Virus record (IMG/VR): IMGVR_UViG_3300049924_000065
Location: 1 to 25,672 of that record
DNA length: 25,672 nt
Source: a virus
Lineage: Duplodnaviria; Caudoviricetes
Direction: 5' to 3' (one strand)
A program made the translations under genes and the position numbers. The stretch's first letter is position 1. Every line of letters begins with the position of its first letter. The notes under the pieces were generated by a model, which saw only the letters and a program-made list of their open reading frames with translations, was not told where the DNA came from and ran no database searches. Positions 7,875 through 16,563 of the stretch are shown one piece after another.

Positions 7875-8155
7875 TGCGTATAGCATTAGATTACGACGAC
7901 ACATATACTGCTGATAAGCTGTTATGGGATAGATTTATTATTGAGGCAAGGCGACGCAACCACTCAGTGTACTTTGTTACCGGACGTTGCCAGAACAATG
8001 ATAATAGTGATATTGAGCTAGATGCCTACCCACTAGAGTTGCCAATTATTTATTGCAGCCAGCAACCAAAGAGAGATTTCATCAATGCTGACATTTGGAT
8101 TGATGATATGCCTGAGGCTATTGTGCGAGATAAACCTATAGGAGATATTAAATGA
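7874..8155 (+). CDS. Minimal HAD-superfamily hydrolase
   Basis: Motif I ALDYDDT, motif II VTGR, Lys in QPKR, motif IV IDD. TAATG coupling with the previous gene. Confidence 0.82.
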   Translation: MRIALDYDDTYTADKLLWDRFIIEARRRNHSVYFVTGRCQNNDNSDIELDAYPLELPIIYCSQQPKRDFINADIWIDDMPEAIVRDKPIGDIK

Positions 8156-8325
8156 TTGCATTATTCACTCTATTGTCTATTTTAACCACCTATTCGTTAG
8201 TTATACTAACCTATAGCGTAGTATTCGACACATCACGACTCAAGGCAGACACTATTTTATCCAGCTTGCAGACTTCGGTATTAGGTGTCATTGGTTTGAT
8301 TTATGGTTGGAGTAGCTTAACATGA
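8152..8325 (+). CDS. Small 2-TM membrane protein (57 aa, not in the ORF track)
   Basis: MIALFTLLSILTTYSLVILTYSVVFDTSRLKADTILSSLQTSVLGVIGLIYGWSSLT. GGAG SD, ATGA overlaps at both ends, fills the gap exactly. Confidence 0.78.
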   Translation: MIALFTLLSILTTYSLVILTYSVVFDTSRLKADTILSSLQTSVLGVIGLIYGWSSLT

Positions 8326-8621
8326 CAGCACGAAATAGCATTACAGGGGACAGCATTAAAACAAAGACTTCCTATGGAGAGTCTGCTACCAACTGGGACA
8401 AAGGTTGGGAGCTATTGCAGCAAGGTAATTGTCTTGAAGAAGAAGTTAAACCCCTGCCGGTTGCAGATGATCGAGACTTCTTGATGTGGATGTCGCAAGT
8501 AGCTTTTAGTCTTACCAAAGGATATAACGGTATGTGGGACTATTTGTTAGGTCAATACGAGAAAGAAACAGAAACAACACCGGATAAAGACCTGTTATAT
8601 TTCATTACTAAGGGAGAGTAG
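8322..8621 (+). CDS. Hypothetical phage protein (99 aa)
   Basis: GGAG SD. The N-terminal RNSITGDSIKTK resembles a small phage protein family recalled from memory. Confidence 0.78.
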   Translation: MTARNSITGDSIKTKTSYGESATNWDKGWELLQQGNCLEEEVKPLPVADDRDFLMWMSQVAFSLTKGYNGMWDYLLGQYEKETETTPDKDLLYFITKGE

Positions 8622-8622
8622 T

Positions 8623-9036
8623 GTGCGACCAAAAAAGGCGTATGACGATCAACTCAGACACGCTAAAGCCAGAGGTATTCCGTGGCTATTTGCCTATGAG
8701 GACTGGTTGGAGATGTGGCTGCTTTCGGGAAAATGGTTTGCAAGAGGAAAAGCTAGAGGCAAGTACCAGATGTGCCGCAAAGGTGATAATGGAGCATACT
8801 CTAAGAGAAATTGTTATATAGGCACAGTCGAAGAAAATCAAGCTGAAAGACACGATGTATCTTCAGAGGAGACAGCAGAAATTATATATAAATATGATTA
8901 TACAGATACTCCTCAATGGAAAATCGGCTTAGAGTATGGCCTAAGTCAATCCGCTGTGTCTAGGATAGTCAATCAAAAACGTAGGTTCCCAAAAAACACC
9001 AACATAGAGCAATACACAGGAGAGTTACAACAATGA
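8623..9036 (+). CDS. Divergent HNH-type endonuclease with C-terminal HTH
   Basis: AKARGIPW..YEDW, then CRKGDNGAYSKRNCYIGTVEEN (beta-beta-alpha-like), then HTH QWKIGLEYGLSQSAVSRIV. GTG start with AGGGAG SD. Confidence 0.72.
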   Translation: MRPKKAYDDQLRHAKARGIPWLFAYEDWLEMWLLSGKWFARGKARGKYQMCRKGDNGAYSKRNCYIGTVEENQAERHDVSSEETAEIIYKYDYTDTPQWKIGLEYGLSQSAVSRIVNQKRRFPKNTNIEQYTGELQQ

Positions 9037-10934
9037 GTAAATTAACAAACTACGCTGAGTTTATAGCGTTGTCACGGTATGCCCGCTGGCTGCCTGAGCA
9101 TAATCGGCGAGAAACTTGGCCGGAGACTGTTAGCCGATACTTTAACTTTTTCGATAACCACATTGAAAGTAAATTTCCACACGCACTTAGTTGGTATAGA
9201 GAGCAGCGTCCGCGCTTAGAGAATGCTGTTGTGGAAATGCAAGCTCTACCCTCAATGCGTTGTTTAATGACCGCAGGCGAGGCTCTACGACGAGACAACA
9301 TGGCTGGCTTTAACTGCTCTGCTGTTGCGATAGATCATCCACGAGCGTTTGATGAACTTATGTACATCTTGATGTGCGGCACAGGAGCAGGGTATAGTGT
9401 AGAGCGACAGTTCATTACCAAGCTACCTGAAGTTGCTGAAACTTTGCATGACACAGATACCGTCATTGTGGTGTCAGATAGCAAGATTGGCTGGTCAAGT
9501 GCTTTGCGAGAACTTGTCAGCTTACTCTACTCAGGTAAAATTCCTAAGTGGGATTTGAGTAAGGTACGAGCTAAGGGTGAGCCTCTTAAAACCTTTGGTG
9601 GTCGAGCTAGTGGCCCAGAGCCTCTCAACAGTGTATTCAAATATTTTGTTGAGACATTTAAGAAGGCAGCAGGCCGTAAGTTAAACTCTGTTGAATGTCA
9701 CGATCTGTGCTGTAAGATTGCAGAGAGTGTAATTGTTGGTGGTGTGCGTCGTTCAGCCCTTATTAGCTTGTCTAACCTTACAGATGATCGTATGCGTCGA
9801 GCCAAGAGTGGTCAATGGTGGGAGGAACATCCTCATCGTGCTTTAGCTAACAACTCCATTGCCTTTACAGAGAAGCCAGACTTTGATAGCTTCTTGAATG
9901 AATGGAAAGCGTTGTATGACAGCAAGAGTGGTGAGCGTGGCTTTTTTAGTCGTGTAGCAGCACAGAAGAAGTTGAAGAACACTCGTCGAGAGTGGGAGTA
10001 TGATTGGCTTGTCAACCCATGCAGCGAAATCCTATTGCGGTCTATGCAGGTATGCAACCTTTCGGAGATTGTTGCTAGAGCAGATGATGACTGTGGCGAT
10101 CTACTGATCAAGGCGGAAGTTGCTGCAATTTTAGGGACGCTGCAGTCTACCTTAACAGACTTCCGATATGTGCGGAGCGCATGGAAAAAGAACTGTGATG
10201 AGGAACGATTGTTGGGTGTTAGTGTGACGGGTATTGAGGACTGCCCAGAGCTGGAGAAGGATGGTACACTACGTTGTCTCAAGGAAATGGTAACCACAAC
10301 CAACGATGAGCTGGCAGCGTTTCTTGGTATTAACCCAAGCACAGCAACAACCTGTGTTAAACCTTCTGGAACGGTGTCTCAGCTCGTTGATGCAGCTTCC
10401 GGTATCCACCCACGCTTTGCTCCCTATTACATCCGTAGGGTGCGTAGCGACAGCACAGACCCGTTAGCTCATTTAATGCAAGCTCAGGGAGTTCCTTGCG
10501 AACCTTGTGTATTGAATCCAACTACTACGGTTGTGTTCTCTTTTCCACAGAAAGCCCCAGAAGGAGCTAAATGTGTTAAAGACAGAACAGCTAGGGAGCA
10601 ACTGGATTTATACCTTCGTTGGCAGGATTTGTATTGCGAACATAAACCTTCAATTACCATTTACTACAAAGATGAGGAGTTCTTGGAACTTGGTCAATAT
10701 GTTTACAACAACTTTGACAAGGTTATAGGCATTAGCTTCTTACCTCGGTCAGATCACACTTATCAGCAAGCACCTTATGAGGAAATTACAAAGGAGCAAT
10801 ATGAAGCATTGGTAGCATCTATGCCCACTATTCGTTGGGAGGAGTTGCATAACTACGAGAAGTATGATACAACTACAGGTACACAGGAATTGGCTTGTGT
10901 CGGAAACTCATGTGATATCTCAGGTAATTTTTAA
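9033..10934 (+). CDS. nrdJ: Class II (adenosylcobalamin-dependent) ribonucleotide reductase
   Basis: SRYARW, PSMR, FNCS, GGRASGP, GGVRRSA, NPCSEI, CNLSE, TCVKPSGTVS and C-terminal redox pair ELACVGNSC. No nrdB-like small subunit nearby. Confidence 0.95.
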   Translation: MSKLTNYAEFIALSRYARWLPEHNRRETWPETVSRYFNFFDNHIESKFPHALSWYREQRPRLENAVVEMQALPSMRCLMTAGEALRRDNMAGFNCSAVAIDHPRAFDELMYILMCGTGAGYSVERQFITKLPEVAETLHDTDTVIVVSDSKIGWSSALRELVSLLYSGKIPKWDLSKVRAKGEPLKTFGGRASGPEPLNSVFKYFVETFKKAAGRKLNSVECHDLCCKIAESVIVGGVRRSALISLSNLTDDRMRRAKSGQWWEEHPHRALANNSIAFTEKPDFDSFLNEWKALYDSKSGERGFFSRVAAQKKLKNTRREWEYDWLVNPCSEILLRSMQVCNLSEIVARADDDCGDLLIKAEVAAILGTLQSTLTDFRYVRSAWKKNCDEERLLGVSVTGIEDCPELEKDGTLRCLKEMVTTTNDELAAFLGINPSTATTCVKPSGTVSQLVDAASGIHPRFAPYYIRRVRSDSTDPLAHLMQAQGVPCEPCVLNPTTTVVFSFPQKAPEGAKCVKDRTAREQLDLYLRWQDLYCEHKPSITIYYKDEEFLELGQYVYNNFDKVIGISFLPRSDHTYQQAPYEEITKEQYEALVASMPTIRWEELHNYEKYDTTTGTQELACVGNSCDISGNF

Positions 10935-11398
10935 TGAAAAGACAAAACCGAAAAAGTATAGAGTGGCCGGACGGGATGCGACAGTGTTTAGCCTGTAAAG
11001 AGATAAAGCCCTTCGAGGAGTTCCATAAACATTCTCGTTGCTTTATGGGCAGGAACAGTGTATGTATAGCCTGCCGAAAGCCTGCATCCAAGAAACAATA
11101 CGCCTCTTTAAGCAAAGAGCGGATTATATGGGATAGAACTAAATCTAGGGCGACTAAGTACAACCTTCCGTTTAATTTAGACTTAGATGACATTGTCATA
11201 CCATATAGGTGTCCTATTCTTAATGTAGTACTAACCGCTACAGGAATAAAGACAACACCGTCTATAGATAGGATAAATCCAAATATGGGGTATGTTAAAG
11301 GAAATATACGCATAATATCTAATGGTGCGAATATACTTAAGTCTAATTTTACAAGGGAGGATATAAAAAGGCTTTATGAGTATGTAACATCTCAGTAA
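10934..11398 (+). CDS. Zn-finger HNH/EndoVII-like endonuclease (probable homing endonuclease)
   Basis: CLAC...CIAC, CPIL, PSIDRINPNMGYVKGNIRIIS..AN..KS. AT-rich, TAATG-coupled to nrdJ. Confidence 0.85.
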   Translation: MKRQNRKSIEWPDGMRQCLACKEIKPFEEFHKHSRCFMGRNSVCIACRKPASKKQYASLSKERIIWDRTKSRATKYNLPFNLDLDDIVIPYRCPILNVVLTATGIKTTPSIDRINPNMGYVKGNIRIISNGANILKSNFTREDIKRLYEYVTSQ

Positions 11399-11428
11399 TG
11401 GGGTGTGTGAAATTTAACAGGAGAATGT

Positions 11429-11578
11429 ATGAACGGGAGAGCAGGATTACTGCTGGTATGGATTGCCTTGTTAGCCGCATTGCTGTTGTTATACTTCTAC
11501 CCAACTTCGTGTCATAACCTACCATCATGGGATTGTATAGGAACCTTGACAGCAGAAAGTGAATGGGAAGCTGAATAG
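11429..11578 (+). CDS. Small single-TM membrane protein (49 aa, not in the ORF track)
   Basis: MNGRAGLLLVWIALLAALLLLYFYPTSCHNLPSWDCIGTLTAESEWEAE. Strong SD TTTAACAGGAG, ends just before the terminator. Confidence 0.72.
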   Translation: MNGRAGLLLVWIALLAALLLLYFYPTSCHNLPSWDCIGTLTAESEWEAE

Positions 11579-11591
11579 CAGTTAGCACTAC

Positions 11592-11643
11592 GGCAGATAA
11601 AAAGAAACCCGCTTGGATTGCTCCTTGCGGGTTTTTTATTGCC
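11592..11643. terminator. Bidirectional rho-independent terminator between the two arms
   Basis: AAACCCGC (11605-11612)/GCGGGTTT (11627-11634) with inner GGA/TCC and a GCAA tetraloop on the - strand. T-tracts on both strands. Confidence 0.9.
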
Positions 11644-11645
11644 TA

Positions 11646-14600
11646 TCAGTTTACCTGACCAGCAGCCTGTCTCATTTTTATCTTCTGCAAATCAGCTTCC
11701 ATGTTTCGCAGAGCTTTATTCATCCCTGTCCTATATTGCTGTGAGCGTTGTGTTTGCATTTTGTTGAAGAACTCTGGATCACTCATCTCCTCCAAGCTCT
11801 TATCGGTTTCATCCATTAGCTTTAGAGCAGTTCCCATACCACCCGCATAAGCAGAAATAGTCCTGCCTATACGAACAGCCTCTCGGTTAGTCATTGGAGA
11901 GTTGGCTACCCATTTAGGTGCATTCTCCGCAACATACGGCGCACCTTTACGCATAACTGCAAGAGCAACCCAGAGCTTAGGTATAGTTGACGATATAGCA
12001 ACGAGAGGATCATTAAATATCTGACCAGCTACGTTAGCTGTCTCACCGAACACCATAGCCCCTGCTGCAAGACTACCTGTACCTACAGAGCGTCTATTGG
12101 TTGCAACTGTAGCCACATCCTGCAACAACTTGGTTTCTTCCTTGCCTAGATGTTTCTCTAACCAGTCTACACCCCAAGAATCTATAGCCTTCTGAGCTTG
12201 AACACCATCAAACACACTGTCAATGTTGTTTGGCAGAACATTCTTACCTGTAAGGGTTTTAGATGCCTCTCCTTGAATGCTAGTGACAATAGAGCGACGT
12301 AAAGCATCCTTATACTTGGCTCCTGCTGCTCCGCTAGCGTCAAGTAATTCAAACAACTGTCCTACACGAACTTTAGCTTGAGTCTTGTCTTGACCATAGG
12401 CTCCTGCAAGTTTCTCCAGAACATCGACTTCCTTAGTACCTCTGCCCATAAGGGTAGCTATTTGTGGTGAACGCTTTTGTACTTCGTCAGCCATCTTTAA
12501 GGCTTGACCATACTCTAGCATATACTTCTCACCATACGCAGACACCATTAAATCTACATCTGGATGTGCCTTGTTGAGCGTACCATCAGGAAGCATGAGT
12601 TTCTTGTGAGCAAGACCCGGCAAACTAATGGAGAACTTGTTTTCCAGAGCTGTATCAGCAAGACCTCTAAACGTATCAGGAGGCAGTCTTTCCTTGAGGA
12701 GCTGTATCTGTTGTTGGTTGCCTCGTTGAAACAGGGTTCTTGTAAAATCAAGTCTTGTTGAGGCTCTGTCAGATGCTTTCAATGCTGTTGTTACCAAGTC
12801 CTGAGACTGAGGGTTTACCAGCATATCCATGTGCTTTTTCCATTCACCGTTAGCCTGTTTAACAAGAGCTAGCCGATCAGGATTCCAGAAGGCACCACCA
12901 TGAGTTCCCTCAAGCTTCTTGTTTAACTCGTCAGCATTCTTCTCAATGAAATCAAATACACCTAAGTCTGCGGTCAAGCGTTGCGCTGCCATCTGCTCAT
13001 CTACACCACCACCTATCTTAAAGGCTTTAAGCATATCAGAGTTAGCCGCCTTACGTTGCTTCAATGTATCCCAGTTGATAAACTCAGGCTCATTGTCAAT
13101 TTCTTTAGTTAGATTGTTTTTCCACGCAAGAGCTTGTTCGGGTGTTTTCAGAAAAGGATAGGCAGGTGTTTCTAGTTTGGTTGTTTTAGCGGGAGTTACA
13201 ACATAACGCTCACCAAACTGATCTATACCTGTAACTTCTTGGGAAGTGGGTACATCTATATCCCATACCTTAGTTGTTAGTTTTGCCCCCTTATCTGTTT
13301 CTCCATTGAGTAGTCGCTTTAGACCGTCAATATACGGCTGGTTAGGGATGTTATCTGTAGCACCAATGTCTGCTTGCTTATAGATAGAACCTACTCGATC
13401 TTCTTCTGACTTCAGGAAAGACTTTACACCATCCAAAGCATCAGCAGCCAGTGTAGAACCTTGCTCAAGGTCGATGCGGCGTAAAACCTCCTGAGCCTCA
13501 TCGTTATACTGGGTAGTTATTCCTAACGTCCCTAGACGCTTCTCAAGGGCTTCTCGTTGAAGTATATTTTGAGACAGCACATCATACATCTCATCGGCTA
13601 ATACAGAGATTTCTTTCTTCTGCTGACCTGAGCTTGCTTGTATAGTGAAATTGTCGATGATATTAGCTATAGTCTGCTTAACAGCAACAACCTTGTTAGC
13701 TTCTGGTTTAGCCATAGCCTCTTTGAGAATAGGCATTACAGAGGAGAAGCCATCCAGCATTTGTGGGTAGCGAGCATTAGTCGCATCAGAGATATTTTGC
13801 TTAAGGATGGAATCCCCGTCCAGAGCTACCTTACCTGCATAATCAACAAATCTATCACCCTTCTCAATACGGCTGTTAATGTAGTTGCGAACACGACCAA
13901 ACGCTTCGGTTACAGCAACATTCTGGTCGCCATCCCACGGATTCTGCACACCCTTGAATACAGAGACAACACCCTGAAATAAACCATTAAGAGCAATGTC
14001 CTGAGCTATGTTCTTTACTGCGGCATTAGCTAGAGTCCCTAGAGTTATCTCGCCGCCTTCAGCAGCAATAGTACCTTCCTGTACACCAGTTCTCGCTGCG
14101 CCACTAGCGACACCACTCACTACAACACCCGCTTTCCACGGATTAGCAGCAGCCATCTCTCCAGTCGCTTGTACACCTTTAGCTACCTTAGAGACAACAC
14201 CAGAAGTTCCCGCAAGAGCTTGTAGGGCTGGTGCGCCACCTGACGTAGCATAGGCTAGTGCAGCGTTAGCAAGAATGAACGGAGCATCCTCATAAACAGC
14301 TTGAGTGGCTGTAGCCATATCTGTAAACAGAGGATTAGCCGCAGCATAGCGGCCAATGTCCTTGTTAAAATATAGCAGCCTACCACCCTCGTCCCATTTA
14401 GCATCTGCACCTGTTTTCTCTTTAATGAAAGCAGCCTGTCGCTCCTTGTCATCTCTCATGGAATAGAGAGCTTGCCTTGTATCCCAATCCAGCTTTGTTT
14501 CTTCTCGATAGGAGGTATTAGGTGCCGTTGTTTTTAACATACGGACACCATTAGCCTGATCTATCACAGCAGACTTCTCTGTCTCGTAAGCAGAAGCAGC

Positions 14601-14834
14601 AGCAAGCTGGCTAGACGGATCAGGGTGCATAGAAGCCAACCCTAAAGCCAGCTCATTAGCCTGATTCTCTAACAGAGCGTTGCCAACCTCGTCGCGTTTA
14701 GCGGCCTTGTATATTCTCTCTCCCATAAGACCAGCAACATCTGGATCAAAGTCTTGCGCTAACCGACCTGTGAGCTGCTCTTGGTCGGCCACAGGCAATC
14801 CAAAGATTTGTACTGTTTCTTGAAGATTTGACAT
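11646..14834 (-). CDS. Large internal virion/DNA-ejection protein
   Basis: 1062 aa, Ala/Gln/Lys-rich and helical with Gly/Ala hydrophobic segments. Last of three genes after the tail genes, in the P22 gp16/T7 gp16 position. No catalytic motif recognised. Confidence 0.7.
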   Translation of the reverse strand: MSNLQETVQIFGLPVADQEQLTGRLAQDFDPDVAGLMGERIYKAAKRDEVGNALLENQANELALGLASMHPDPSSQLAAASAYETEKSAVIDQANGVRMLKTTAPNTSYREETKLDWDTRQALYSMRDDKERQAAFIKEKTGADAKWDEGGRLLYFNKDIGRYAAANPLFTDMATATQAVYEDAPFILANAALAYATSGGAPALQALAGTSGVVSKVAKGVQATGEMAAANPWKAGVVVSGVASGAARTGVQEGTIAAEGGEITLGTLANAAVKNIAQDIALNGLFQGVVSVFKGVQNPWDGDQNVAVTEAFGRVRNYINSRIEKGDRFVDYAGKVALDGDSILKQNISDATNARYPQMLDGFSSVMPILKEAMAKPEANKVVAVKQTIANIIDNFTIQASSGQQKKEISVLADEMYDVLSQNILQREALEKRLGTLGITTQYNDEAQEVLRRIDLEQGSTLAADALDGVKSFLKSEEDRVGSIYKQADIGATDNIPNQPYIDGLKRLLNGETDKGAKLTTKVWDIDVPTSQEVTGIDQFGERYVVTPAKTTKLETPAYPFLKTPEQALAWKNNLTKEIDNEPEFINWDTLKQRKAANSDMLKAFKIGGGVDEQMAAQRLTADLGVFDFIEKNADELNKKLEGTHGGAFWNPDRLALVKQANGEWKKHMDMLVNPQSQDLVTTALKASDRASTRLDFTRTLFQRGNQQQIQLLKERLPPDTFRGLADTALENKFSISLPGLAHKKLMLPDGTLNKAHPDVDLMVSAYGEKYMLEYGQALKMADEVQKRSPQIATLMGRGTKEVDVLEKLAGAYGQDKTQAKVRVGQLFELLDASGAAGAKYKDALRRSIVTSIQGEASKTLTGKNVLPNNIDSVFDGVQAQKAIDSWGVDWLEKHLGKEETKLLQDVATVATNRRSVGTGSLAAGAMVFGETANVAGQIFNDPLVAISSTIPKLWVALAVMRKGAPYVAENAPKWVANSPMTNREAVRIGRTISAYAGGMGTALKLMDETDKSLEEMSDPEFFNKMQTQRSQQYRTGMNKALRNMEADLQKIKMRQAAGQVN

Positions 14835-14842
14835 ATACCTGC

Positions 14843-16552
14843 CTATTTAGCTTGGAATTGTTTGGCTATGCTTGGGGTGTTCGTTATAATTGCTTGGTTT
14901 TCAGGAGATAGCTGCATAAATTGATCTTTAGTCAATGTAGGCACACCTATAAGGTTAGCTACAACTGGAGGTAAAGTCAAGCCTTGTTGTGGATATTTAT
15001 TCATATCGACAGTATTAGAGGGAGGTGTTGTCTGGGTTCCACCAGAGATAGGTGAGCCTGTCATAACACTTACCATATCATTAACTTCTATCTGTTCGGC
15101 AGCATTTAACTGGTTATAGGTTTTACCTATACGAGCAGCAATGTTATTCTGCAAACGACCTTTTTGCAAGGTTCTAGCAGCAGAGAGCTTTTGTGTTACG
15201 GCAGCAGTATTCTGGAACAGCTCTTTCATGCTACCTTCTGGCGGCAAGCCTAGAGAGGCTCTGGCATTCTTGATGTTATCTTTAGTGATTACACGATTGC
15301 CTCCACCCATACTATCCGCAACAGCTATAATTGTATTGGCTAGGAGCACTTGTGGTGCGCCACTAAGATCACCTAAGTCTTTATCGAGATTTGACATAAC
15401 ATCCGAAGTATCTCCCATAAAGCCAAACATGGTTGCTACATCCTTAACGCCTTTGCCAACTAAAGGAGTCTCCCCAACTGTTTCAGCTACGCCCCCCAAT
15501 AAAGTTGCTACACTATTGGTCAGTTGTTTCGGAGAGAGTGCTACGCCTGCGTCAGCCATGCCTAGAGTGCTGTCAATCATGCTAATGACCTCAGCCCCCT
15601 TTGTTATAGCATTGTTCAGCTTCCCTTGCTCATTACTACTAATTACCTTATTAGAAACTATCGTTGTGCTAGGGTTTAGTGCCTTGTAGTCAGCAAGAGG
15701 AATTCTTCCGCTATTAGTTAGAACGAAATCAGTTCCGCCTTGCGATAATACTTGATAGGAGTCACCACCTAATGTGAAGGCAGTTGATCCTAAGTTCTGT
15801 GTTCCTGCTGCTGAGTTTCCACCAGCCCGTTGACTTTGGAAACCCTCAAACCCCTTTCGCTCCGCTTCGTTAGCCAGACGCACTGAGCCATCTGGTTGCC
15901 ATGCAGCTAAACGATTTTCCTTATTCAAGCCTACGACAACACCATCCGGTGTTCTATATTGCTCATTAACACTGGTAGACAGTGGGGTTCTAGCCATCTT
16001 AGCATTTTCAGCATTGAGTCCAGCTTGTGCTACAGCTAAATCATTCTGCTTCTTAACTTCTGCTAAACGTAGTTGGTTGGTTAGCTCTTGTGTTTGAGTA
16101 ATAGACTCCAGAGTAGACTGAATAGCTTTAGAGTTATAGCCGCCGCTCAAACGACCCATAGACAACTTATCTAAGTCAATACCCCACTCATTTCCCTTTG
16201 CTTTAGCCTCCATAAGAGACTTATCATCCTTGACATATTTCAGCAGATTATATCCTAGAGTTTGTTGTTGCTCATCAAGCGCAGAAAGAAGCTCAAACTC
16301 CTTGCCTTTCATAATTTGCTGGCTGTTCTTGGCTAGGAACGTTGTATCCATTTCAGCACGTTTGTTCGCTAGATTCCGAGTAGGAGCGTTAGCATCCCAC
16401 TCAGCCTGAGCCATATCCAAGCGTCGATCAGCTTGTCCTAGTTGTCTTTCATTTTGTCTGGCTTGAATACCAAACTGCATAGCCTGTAAACCTTGATTGG
16501 TTTGGTTCTGCAAGGCTGTCATTAATTCTAAGCCGGGGATTGCCTCACTCAT
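14843..16552 (-). CDS. Internal virion/DNA-ejection protein
   Basis: Start moved to ATG 16552 (AAGGTGG SD). Gln-rich helical N-terminus, Cys-free, middle gene of the ejection trio. Confidence 0.68.
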   Translation of the reverse strand: MSEAIPGLELMTALQNQTNQGLQAMQFGIQARQNERQLGQADRRLDMAQAEWDANAPTRNLANKRAEMDTTFLAKNSQQIMKGKEFELLSALDEQQQTLGYNLLKYVKDDKSLMEAKAKGNEWGIDLDKLSMGRLSGGYNSKAIQSTLESITQTQELTNQLRLAEVKKQNDLAVAQAGLNAENAKMARTPLSTSVNEQYRTPDGVVVGLNKENRLAAWQPDGSVRLANEAERKGFEGFQSQRAGGNSAAGTQNLGSTAFTLGGDSYQVLSQGGTDFVLTNSGRIPLADYKALNPSTTIVSNKVISSNEQGKLNNAITKGAEVISMIDSTLGMADAGVALSPKQLTNSVATLLGGVAETVGETPLVGKGVKDVATMFGFMGDTSDVMSNLDKDLGDLSGAPQVLLANTIIAVADSMGGGNRVITKDNIKNARASLGLPPEGSMKELFQNTAAVTQKLSAARTLQKGRLQNNIAARIGKTYNQLNAAEQIEVNDMVSVMTGSPISGGTQTTPPSNTVDMNKYPQQGLTLPPVVANLIGVPTLTKDQFMQLSPENQAIITNTPSIAKQFQAK

Positions 16553-16563
16553 TGTCTGCCACC

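Noticed and set aside
8621-8821. 66-aa alternative-frame ORF
   Set aside because: Overlaps the 137-aa ORF, which has recognisable nuclease and HTH motifs and couples to nrdJ.
9033-10934. Intron or intein in nrdJ (also considered for the polymerase)
   Set aside because: Both genes are continuous, of normal length and have all motifs in order. The HNH genes are free-standing.
11546-11551. Other TTGACA hexamers (also near 2696 and 10714)
   Set aside because: No -10 element at 16-18 nt spacing.
11349-11588. 79-aa minus-strand ORF
   Set aside because: Lies beyond the terminator for the - arm and is antisense to a better-supported + strand ORF with a strong SD.
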